A DNA stretch of 63,885 nucleotides, the filler included, from Octopus bimaculoides (taxonomy: Eukaryota): NCBI RefSeq assembly GCF_001194135.2. It is 7 parts of 6 records of this genome, joined end to end, with 100 filler letters (N's around TTAATTAATTAA, not from the genome) between each part and the next. Parts side by side here need not be neighbours in the genome. Positions count along the whole stretch, not along the records: positions 21,912 to 25,461 come from NC_068994.1; positions 25,562 to 49,961 come from NC_068982.1; 5 more parts are not named here. One strand, 5' to 3'. Of the stretch, positions 22,599-32,982 are shown one piece after another. Position 1 is the first letter of the stretch, and every line of letters starts with the position of its first letter. The translations under genes and the position numbers were made by a program. The notes beneath the pieces are model-generated. The model was not told the origin of the DNA. It saw only the letters and a list, made by a program, of their open reading frames with translations, and searched no databases.

Positions 22599-24901
22599 CA
22601 GTGGGTCTTAACCTTTTTACTACCACGCCTCCCCTAGGAATTTGTCCTTCTCTCCAAGTTCCCCTTGCATCTATGAATAAAATTCCCTCCCAGATTTTAA
22701 ATAAAACCTAAAATATGTTTTTAGTCTTTTTATTGACTATGAATTAGTCACATTATACAAAATATGTATAATTTTATATATAATCACATTATGCAAAAAG
22801 TGAGATACTTGACACTGCTTCTTAACAAAAAAAAAAGTTTTTTTTTTTATTGAATATGAATTAGTCACATTATTAGTGAGATACTTGACACTGCTTCTTA
22901 GCTACAAGATCTTGAATGTATGATTGAATACCTGAGAGTGCACAACGTAAGTGCCTTTCAGCATTCAGCCTGTTTCTGTATTTGGTCTTGACAGCAACAA
23001 GTGTGGAAAATGCAGCTTCACAAAGATACGTGGATCCACACATAGCTAAAATCTGAAGAGCCTGATGTGAGATCAGAGGATAAACAGGAAGGTACTTGAT
23101 CCAGAACATTTCAAGATCCAGTTCTTTAAAGTCTTCCTTAGCTGTGGAGTTGAACTTCAGCTCAAGAAACTTCTCTTGCACTTCATCCAAAACATCAGTC
23201 ACTTCACACTGAAATGGGTTCCTGATGAATTTCCAGGCTTCATGCTTTTTATCTATATCTGGAAGTATCTGATGAATTCTGTTTTCAAGTCAGATGAGTA
23301 ATTATTTGTTTCTTAACTCAGAATCAAGGTTACCGTGAATGAGAGCAGAATCCAAGTAACTAAAACTGGCTGTATTTCCCTGCCGAATTCAACATTTCCA
23401 GAAGTCAAGTTTGGTCATGAAGGTTTGAATGGTGTTGTGGTACGTGAGAATGTTGATGTTTTTCCCTTGTAGTTTAAGGTCGAGAGCATTTAACACTTCG
23501 AAGATGTCTACCAAGTAAGCTAGAGATAGCTGAAAGTCTTCAGACTGGAACTTGTCATGGAGATCTACCTTCTGCTGCAAATCTAGAAATATTGCTACCT
23601 CTCTTAGTTCATAAAGCCATCCAAGCATGTTCCCCTTTGATAGCCATTGTATGTTTATATGAAAAAGCAGTGCTTCATGTTCAGATTCCATATCTTTACA
23701 CAACAGTTTGAAAAGACGACTGTTTAAGGCTCCACCTTTAACAAAGTTTACAACCTTGATAGCCACGTTCGGGACATTTCTCATTTCAGTAAGTAAGGTT
23801 CTGGATGCTAAGGCTTCATGATGAAATATGCAGTGTGTACCTACAACAGATGTATTGAATCCAGACTGCAGACCAAATTGAATATATTTGCCAAGATACT
23901 TCCATTTCTTTGCACTCATTGCGAATTATTTGATGCAAAGTGAACAACACAAATATTTGAACAAAAGATAAGGCACATTTAAGGTAATGTCAAGGCCCAA
24001 GTTAGAACGCATGGAGAAAAAGTTCTGAAAAAAACTAAAACAAAAAAATTTGGAGTAAAAGTTAAAAGAAAAGTTATACAAAAAATTTGTACAATAAAAT
24101 ATTGTATTTATTTGTATGAAAATATATAAAAAAAAGTTTCTTTAAAAAAAAAGATTTTGCATAGCTTTTAGTTTTACCTAGTACTTTCTGTAATATTTAA
24201 ATCTGAATTTTAGCTTAATATTATAATTTTTTCTTACAAAAAAATTTACTCTATTTCTTATATAAACATGTAATATTAAAAATTTTGGTTATATTGTTAA
24301 AATTTTTTATTCCAATCTGTGTTTTAATTTTTTTGAGACATTATTAAATTGAGTGATAGTAGAACCTATTAAATACTTTTTGTTTTATTTCCTATTTTTA
24401 AATATATCATACTTTTCATCTTGCTAAAATTTTAAAATAAGTTGATGTTTCTTAGTATAAAGATTTGATAATGTTTCAGCATGTCTCTTGATTTTGAAGA
24501 ATCACATTATTTCATATATATGAAAACTGAATCAAACTTGTTTATAGTCTATTAACTGAAAAAGATGTTTGTCTTTACACGATAATAATACCTAAGCTTT
24601 ATACCAGTGGTTCTTAACCTGAGTCTTCTTGTAACAAAAAAAAAAAATTACAAAATAAAGGCAAATGTTAAAGCTACAATTCAGAATTAATGACATTTTG
24701 AGGGACATGAAGGGGGTGGTCAATAAGTACAGAAAATTATAAGTGGCACTAAGATAATAGAATAAGAAAACTAAAAGTATAAGGTGATACTTTTGCATTT
24801 TTTCATAAACTTCTCATTATTTGACTGTGCTCTCGAAAAGAGAATAATAAATATAATTAGAGAAATTCCTGCTTTTTCTCAAGGGCTTGCACCCCCCACC
24901 A
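22599..24901 (-). mobile_element. Charlie-type hAT DNA transposon, internally deleted/composite
   Basis: Terminus CAGTGGGTCTTAACC at 22599; 8-bp TSD CTCTAGAT (22591-22598, 24902-24909); transposase remnants inside. The other terminus is eroded. Confidence 0.8.
22873..23919 (-). pseudogene. hAT (Charlie/Buster-like) transposase pseudogene
   Basis: THCIFHHEALA, LLFHINIQWLSKG, LAYLVDIFEVLNALDLKLQG, and the C-terminal dimerisation domain STYLCEAAFSTL...KTKYRNRL...LRCALS...KKQCQVSH*. Confidence 0.92.
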
Positions 24902-25067
24902 CTCTAGATAGACACTCAGATGAATGATGCATATATCTTTTTTGTACCAAATATTTAAATTTGGGAACTTAGTAGATATTTCTTTCCGTAATTTATTGTA
25001 GATGTTTGCAAATAGAGAATTAAAACTTGAAATGAAAACATTAAAGTAGAGAGTGAGATTTCACAAA

Positions 25068-25461
25068 TCATCATCATCATCAGCATCATTTAATGTCCGT
25101 TTTCCGTGCTGGTGGTTTGACTGGGGACTGGCAAGCCAGGAGGCCGCACTAGGCTTCAATCTAATCTGGCAATGTTTCTACAGCTGGATGCCCTTCCTAA
25201 TGCCAACCACTCCGAGAGTGTAGTGGATGCTTTTTACATGCCACCGGCATGGGAGCCAGTCAGGCAGCAGTGGCATCTGCCATATTTGGATGGTGCTTTT
25301 TACATGCTATTGGCACAGGAGCCAGTCGGGGCAGGGGTGGCTAGCATCAATCATGTTTGGATGGTGCTTTTTATGTGCTACTGGCACAGGGAGCCAACCA
25401 GGCAGCACTGGCAATGACCCATGCATGAATGGTGCTTATTGCGTGCACTGGCATCGGCCAC
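25068..25461 (-). mobile_element. RTE-tailed SINE family D with internal ~65-70-bp tandem units
   Basis: (GAT)n 3' tail on the minus strand, motif TGGTTGGCATTAGGAAGGGCATCCAGCTGTAG, and repeated GGTGCTTTT..GTGC..C.GGCA..GGAGCC units. Confidence 0.8.
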
Positions 25462-25561
25462 NNNNNNNNNNNNNNNNNNNNNNNNNNNNNNNNNNNNNNN
25501 NNNNNTTAATTAATTAANNNNNNNNNNNNNNNNNNNNNNNNNNNNNNNNNNNNNNNNNNNN

Positions 25562-25594
<33 letters not shown>

Positions 25595-26858
25595 TTTATG
25601 AATAGAGAAGACTGAATAAGTTATAGGAATAACAAATGCATTTCATAGTAGAGAATGTAGTAAATATGATTGACAAGTATATTAATGGGAGAAAAGCAGA
25701 TAAAACGAATGAGAATTATTGAAGATAAGATAGAAACTTACGTCAGGTCTTGTTATTGATTTTTGTTCGCAAACCCTTTCTGTCCATATAACACACTGGT
25801 ATTGATGAGACAAACACAATTGATGGCAGAAATGGAGATATAAACCATTGGCATTGAGCATTTATCAGAGATGAATAATGGAGAATCTATTAATCTTTAC
25901 ATTGATGTTGAGAATTTCTATTGAACAGTGAACAAGTCGACCTTTTTTACCTTCCATTTGTGATATTGACGGCAATCGTTGATGACATAAGGTTGTTGTT
26001 CCTGGCTATGCTGGCCATGGTGGCGGTAGTGGCTGTGGTGGTGGTTTTTGGCAGTGATGATGAGGAGGAGGCGGAGGGGGAGGAGAAGGACGAGGAGGGG
26101 GATGACGTGCATGATAACAACCACGACCACGACCACGACGAAACAATTCTGTATCTCACAGCTATGACTGGAGAATCATTCATTACTCGTGTATGTAGAA
26201 GTGATCTTTTGGCTAGACAACACAGAGAAAAGACGATAATAAAATATCCTTGCATTGCAATAAATTTGCAAAAGCTTTTAATCTTCCTTTAAACGCTGCA
26301 AGTGATGAGATTCTCAAATAGTTGTTGAGATATAGACCATGCCTTATTTTGACGTTATATTTTCCAACTTACATTTTCTCATAACATATTTCACGTAAAC
26401 AAAAGCCAAGAAATGGTTTCCTTCCAATAAAAGTCAGCTACAGGGGTGATATTTTTGAGTGATGTACATATATACATATATATNNNNNNNNNNNNNNNNN
26501 NNNNNNNNNNNNNNNNNNNNNNNNNNNNNNNNNNNNNNNNNNNNNNNNNNNNNNNNNNNNNNNNNNNNNNNNNNNNNNNNNNNNNNNNNNNNNNNNNNNN
26601 NNNNNNNNNNNNNNNNNNNNNNNNNNNNNNNNNNNNNTATATATATATATATATATATCACGGTATCACGGTATCGAGAAGCCTACTATCGGATGTTGTT
26701 ATACATCGCTGGTCATAATGCACTGGGAGACAAACACATGATCTACCGATCGTAAGTGCAAAAGCCTCACCACTAGGCCACGTGCTTTTACGCACACACA
26801 CACAGACACATACATTCAGATATACATGTGTTTGTGTGTGTGTGTGTGTGTGTGTATG

Positions 26859-26934
<76 letters not shown>

Positions 26935-27092
26935 TGTATATACATACATAAATACATACATACATACATACATACATACCTTGTTGTTGATGTTGAAGTT
27001 CCAATGAAGATGCCATGGATCTAGGTTAGAAACAGGCACTTTTGCTATTGGCAAGAACTCTTCACACAAAACTGACCAATGACACACATATA

Positions 27093-27865
27093 CATAGGGT
27101 ATTCAAGTTAAATGAGACAGTTTTCACACAAGTAAAAACGACGATATCCTATCTGATAATAATAACATTAAAAAAAAACCTAGAAAATATCATCTAGATT
27201 ATGCCTGGAAGATAAGAGTTTAATCAAAGTAGCCGCCCTCAGCTTCCAACACGGCTTCAACACGACTTCGGAATCTGATACATGCGTCACTGAGAGTGTT
27301 CTTGAGAAGGTCCTTGAACACCTCATCGACTTTGTCCACAAGCTCGGCCTTGCTTACGCAAGCAAAGCTGTTGGTGTTTTTCTCACCTGCACCTCACACG
27401 TAGTAGTCCATGGGATCATGATCGGAAGTGGAGGATTTAGGAGGCTGGTGGATTCGAACTTATCAGCTATTTCTGAATCTTTTCGGAGGTATGGCCAGGG
27501 AGCGAATCCTGCTACCGCATATATGGCCTTCCACCAGCAACCGGCCACACCAACGTTTGACCACTGTTTCTAGCAGCTTCACTCAGCCGTCTGAATTGAG
27601 CTTCAGACCCTGTTCATCAGTTACTGGATGAATTCAGACACAGTCAGTACGAGCACAGCTAGAACGTGTGATATGGGCCTTCTACCTGGGCATGTTTTGT
27701 AGTCTGTGTTGCATTTCTCCGTGTCACGTCTTACAGTCTTTACAGTGTATGGTCATCATTTCAGCATTTTGATACCAGGCATGAATCATCATGATGGAAG
27801 TAAAGTTTTTTACAAATCTTAGGGGCCTTCCAATTCTCCATGTCATCTGGCCTTTCCTCCAGTAC
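27093..27865 (-). mobile_element. Tc1/mariner (maT/DD37D-like) transposon, 3' two-thirds, decayed
   Basis: GLKLNSDG*VKLLETVVK, VAGGRPYMR*QDS, DPMDYYV*GA, DACIRFRSRVEAVLEAEGGYFD*. A TIR-like end TA|CATAGGGTATTCAAG lies near 27093. The 5' part is lost in an N gap. Confidence 0.82.
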
Positions 27866-28356
27866 NNNNNNNNNNNNNNNNNNNNNNNNNNNNNNNNNNN
27901 NNNNNNNNNNNNNNNNNNNNNNNNNNNNNNNNNNNNNNNNNNNNNNNNNNNNNNNNNNNNNNNNNNNNNNNNNNNNNNNNNNNNNNNNNNNNNNNNNNNN
28001 NNNNNNNNNNNNNNNNNNNNNNNNNNNNNNNNNNNNNNNNNNNNNNNNNNNNNNNNNNNNNNNNNNNNNNNNNNNNNNNNNNNNNNNNNNNNNNNNNNNN
28101 NNNNNNNNNNNNNNNNNNNNNNNNNNNNNNNNNNNNNNNNNNNNNNNNNNNNNNNNNNNNNNNNNNNNNNNNNNNNNNNNNNNNNNNNNNNNNNNNNNNN
28201 NNNNNNNNNNNNNNNNNNNNNNNNNNNNNNNNNNNNNNNNNNNNNNNNNNNNNNNNNNNNNNNNNNNNNNNNNNNNNNNNNNNNNNNNNNNNNNNNNNNN
28301 NNNNNNNNNNNNNNNNNNNNNNNNNNNNNNNNNNNNNNNNNNNNNNNNNNNNNNNN

Positions 28357-28415
<59 letters not shown>

Positions 28416-28587
28416 GATACTTATAGCTATTATACAATATAGTTCGAAAAGTTAAAATAAAAGTATTTTTCTCCGTTACGTTGTTTTGGATCGTGCACAT
28501 CCACGAAAAACTATATTCGCAATCAAAGATTTGGTTCCAAACAAGATTTTAAGGAGCTCTTAGCCATTTTATTGTAGAATAGTATCA

Positions 28588-28835
28588 TGTGTTCTTAGTG
28601 GTTAGAGTGTTGCGCTTACAATGGTATGATCCTGGTTTTGATTCGCGGACTAAATTTACCGATGCTCTTAAGTAAAACACCTAATTTACCAATGCTCCAG
28701 TTCACTTAGATGTAGAGGGGTAACTCTGCGATTGGGTTGCCTCCCATCCAGGGGAGATCTTGTGGTCTTAGTCACGTATGTGCCATGGAGACTGGGTAAC
28801 CGTCCCTATAAATCCCAAGGCCCGACGCAGTGATA
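28588..28835 (+). mobile_element. Old tRNA-headed SINE (distinct family)
   Basis: Head TCTTAGTGGTTAGAGTGTTG...GGTTTTGATTC, then AACTCTGCGATTGGGTTGCCTCCCATCCAGGGG, resembling a conserved SINE body motif. Confidence 0.5.
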
Positions 28836-30351
28836 TCAAGAGCTTAATCGTAACTACTTCAAATTATTAACTTATTCTCAGTTAATAGCGTTTATGATAA
28901 TACAAAGATGATTATTAGTGAATGTGTACAATTTACGAAGCACAAAACCTTCACTGAGGATAAATAAATATACGGTTGAATGCCTTAAAGTAAAATAACT
29001 GCGTTTCAATGATTGTATCTTGTTAAGAATATATAAGGAATGAGATACGAAAGATATATCCGAAGTATTCGATATATAAGATAGGAGAGTAGACCTAGGA
29101 CTTATTACTACCATAACCACGTAAATTATGTGTAACATTACATAATATCACTGAAGTTAGATGTTTGTAGGATTCTTCCTAAAAGGTTTCAGATATAATT
29201 GAAAGTTATCTTACAACAAGTACAAAATAGAGGTATCATTTATGGAGGTAGCAATATATGAGAAACGAGGACAAGTATTTCTGACCATCATTTGGTTGAA
29301 CTATTTTCTGAGTACTGCTGCAATAATAAAATAAAAGTGCTGACGTTTCCCTTGCATCATATAGTTCAACTATTTCCACAGGACAGGCGCATAATCAATG
29401 AATGCAACGATATCCAGTAGCGTATGAAGTCATAAAGAAAATTAGTCCCCAAATCTATATATATGAAAATTTGTTTTTCAAAGTTTTGCTTTCAGCATTT
29501 TATCAGTATAAGACACCCATCCCCTCGGCCAAATAGACTCTCATTATTAACCGGTGTAGGTCTGTTACAATTATCTAGCGGAGTTTCTTAACTACAAAAC
29601 CAAAGAAATATTTTGCAACGAGGAAGAAAATATAGAAGTTGAGAGAAATGAAGAAAGAATAAGAGAAAACAAACGAGCGAATCAGAACAAATTCAGAAAA
29701 ATCGAAAGAGACAGTGTAGAAATATTGAGAAAGAAGAGAAACAGAGCGTGGTAGGTTATTGGAGAGATAAAAATATATAGAAATAAAAGAAAATAAATTC
29801 ATAGGAGAGAGAGAATAATGAGAGGAAAAGGATGTTAAGGGCTAAGAGAAACAAATGAAAGATTGAAAGTAGCATAATAGCTAACAGATAATTAAACTTT
29901 AATTATATAAAAATTAAGAAGAAAACAGAGAAAGGAATCAAACAAAATAGACAAGACGTTTATAATACAAAATACAAAAGAATGTTAAGATGAAATGGAA
30001 TTAGGCAGCTGGAAAAATAATGGAAATATTTTTGATCTCTGACATCTCTTTCGAGTAAAATAAAGAAATGTTTCTATTTTGTCTTCTTTCTTCGTTATAT
30101 AGAAAGCATTTTGAGAACATGTATTACATTAACCTATTGTTTCTAAATGATATACAAGAATCTCCCGCGCTACAGAAGTAGTGTCTTCATGAAAATTGTA
30201 CGTATCGCGAAAGACCGTAAGGAGAAATTAGTTTTTTACGCTGATCTTCCTACAACAAAAATAAAGTAACAGCCACAAAAAAAAAAAGAAAAAGTGACAC
30301 AGCCACTTTTCAGCATAGAATAATTTCTCAACATTCAGTGTACAATAGGAG

Positions 30352-30744
30352 TTTGTTTTTGTTGTTGGCACTCCGTCGCTTATGACGTCGAGGGTTCCAG
30401 TTGATCTGATCAACGAAACAGCCTGCTCGTGAAATTAACGTGAAAGTGGCTGAGCACTCCACAGACACGTGTACCCTTAACGTAGTTCTCGGGGATATTC
30501 AGCGTGACACAGTGTGACAAGACTGACCCTTTCAATTACAGGCACAACAGAAACAGGAAGTAAGAGTGAGAGAGAGTTGTGGTGAAAGAGTACAGCAGGG
30601 TTCGTCACCATCCCTTGCCGGAGCCTTGTGGAGCTTTAGGTGTTTTCGCTCAAAAAACACTCACAACGCCCGGTCTGGGAATCGAAACCGCGATCCTATG
30701 ACCGCGAGTCCGCTGCCCTGACCACTGGGCCATTGCGCCTCCAC
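30352..30744 (-). mobile_element. tRNA-derived SINE family C, near full length
   Basis: Minus strand starts GGAGGCGCAATGGCCCAGTGGTCAGGGCAGCGGACTCGCGGTCATAGGATCGCGGTTTCGATTCCC (A and B boxes) and ends in a (CAA)n tail. Confidence 0.88.
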
Positions 30745-30904
30745 AAAATACGAGTATGTATACATAAAACCATTCGAAGAGGAATACATTACAATATAAA
30801 TTGTAATGTATTTCTCTTAAGATTCGTAATAGGGTAGGTTCTTACCACAAAATATGATGATAACCATGAAACGGACGTTGTGCTGGAATGGGAATTCCTT
30901 CGAG

Positions 30905-31420
30905 GGTGGGGAGCATAGTTGTTCATCATAATCAACATCTATTGGAGGAGCAAATAACTTATCCATAATTGTTTAATCTATTTGATTCATCATAATTTCG
31001 TAGAGCTCAATATAGGAACTGAGCTCCTTAGAAACTAGTCTCGTAACTTCTTGACGACTTTTACGATTAGGGTCGTCATTGAAATTTACGACATGTCAAT
31101 ATTTTGGAAGTATTAAATTCAGGTGCTGAATTTTCTCTCGTGAAATACGATCTCTAGCAGGTAGGTGCTTCCAGAAAAGGGCAGTTTCATTACCATTGTA
31201 CATTTACTCGGATGTGTAGCCCGGTTTAGCAATACTTTTCTTCAGCTGCTCAATAGAATGTGTACAACCTCTGTATGAGCACTGGCAGCTGCGCGATTCA
31301 TTTTCCTGTTCTGCAAATTGAAGCGTTTATCAAACATTTGAAACCAATTTTTCAGGAGAAGTTTCACAAAATCGTCATACAAACTACGCTTTTCTCTTAA
31401 TTACTGTTCTGGTTATCGGC
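30905..31420 (-). pseudogene. pogo/Tigger transposase fragment
   Basis: WFQMFDKRFNLQNRKMNRAAASA and IEQLKKSIAKPGYTSE*MYNGNETALFWKHLPAR match the pogo motif 'Y..EQIYNADETGLFWK.LP'. A decayed LIMMNNYAPHP follows. Confidence 0.75.
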
Positions 31421-32946
31421 ATATTGTATATCTTATCCTCAATCCAGACACTTAAGCATCATGTTAGCCTTATGGAAAATAAGATCAGAGCAGTTAACAG
31501 TAGAGCTCATAGTGTACTTGATTTAATTTTCTCTAAGTCGTTCTCACTGCAGCCGTTCAATGCTCTAATTCTTTGGTAATGTGGTTAATGTTTTCCTCTT
31601 TCATCGTTTTCAAGCTTAAGGTGGTGGTGGTGGGGGGCNNNNNNNNNNNNNNNNNNNNNNNNNNNNNNNNNNNNNNNNNNNNNNNNNNNNNNNNNNNNNN
31701 NNNNNNNNNNNNNNNNNNNNNNNNNNNNNNNNNNNNNNNNNNNNNNNNNNNNNNNNNNNNNNNNNNNNNNNNNNNNNNNNNNNNNNNNNNNNNNNNNNNN
31801 NNNNNNNNNNNNNNNNNNNNNNNNNNNNNNNNNNNNNNNNNNNNNNNNNNNNNNNNNNNNNNNNNNNNNNNNNNNNNNNNNNNNNNNNNNNNNNNNNNNN
31901 NNNNNNNNNNNNNNNNNNNNNNNNNNNNNNNNNNNNNNNNNNNNNNNNNNNNNNNNNNNNNNNNNNNNNNNNNNNNNNNNNNNNNNNNNNNNNNNNNNNN
32001 NNNNNTGGTGGTCTGATGTTGGTATTGATTTTTGTTATTTGTGTTGGTAGAAGACAAACCCGGTGGTGCATACCAGACAAACGCGGTGGTGCATCCACCT
32101 GCCACAAAAAAAAAACAGCAGGTCAAAACGCACCGGGCCTCCACTCATACCAACAACACGGGTCATAACGTACCAAGCATTACAAACTGGGCCCGATTGC
32201 ATCCACCGAACCCTAAACAAGGAAACGGCCGACAACCAAAGAACCACCCAAACAAAACAATAACAATAACACCTAAACCCGACAGACCCATACAACCCAA
32301 GGACACCCCACCCCTGTGTTGTAAGATATCGAAAGATCGAATCAGTTCGCGGTGGCGTTGGTCATATTGCTCTTTTAATTGTATTGTTGTAAATCTTCAG
32401 TCTCAGCGCAATCCTCAATGACATGAGATCAAAGAAATTCCATTCAGCTTCTAAAATACACTAGCGAACCACACCATTTCATGTGATAGTTCTTTTTTCG
32501 ATAATGGTCGTTACACTGTTCACATTGGTCATCAAAATGTTGATATGATGCTGCTTGTATTGGTTTTGATGTTCATAGTGGATAAACGTTCGTTGATGGT
32601 AGATAGTGAGGGAATTAAAAATTGAGTTAGATAAATAGATAGATACGACGTGCGTACATACATACATGCTCAATGTTGCCCAAGTATATATACACAAATG
32701 CACACCAATATTCACGATGCCAAAAGTTCCACTTCACATAGTGCTACATACACAAACATCCGCATAGATATACAAATACATGCGCAAACATATACACACA
32801 CTCATATATGTGTATATGCATATATATATNNNNNNNNNNNNNNNNNNNNNNNNNNNNNNNNNNNNNNNNNNNNNNNNNNNNNNNNNNNNNNNNNNNNNNN
32901 NNNNNNNNNNNNNNNNNNNNNNNNNNNNNNNNNNNNNNNNNNTATA

Positions 32947-32982
<36 letters not shown>

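Noticed and set aside
25921-26292. 123-aa ORF with a hydrophobic stretch and acidic run
   Set aside because: It is built from mixed GGT/GAG/GAC/CAC trinucleotide low-complexity sequence; no domain or splice support.
30670-30744. Functional tRNA gene (likewise the heads at 3849, 49800-49868, 51070-51134 and 53720)
   Set aside because: Each tRNA-like head continues into a repeated SINE body and lacks a proper acceptor stem and terminator.
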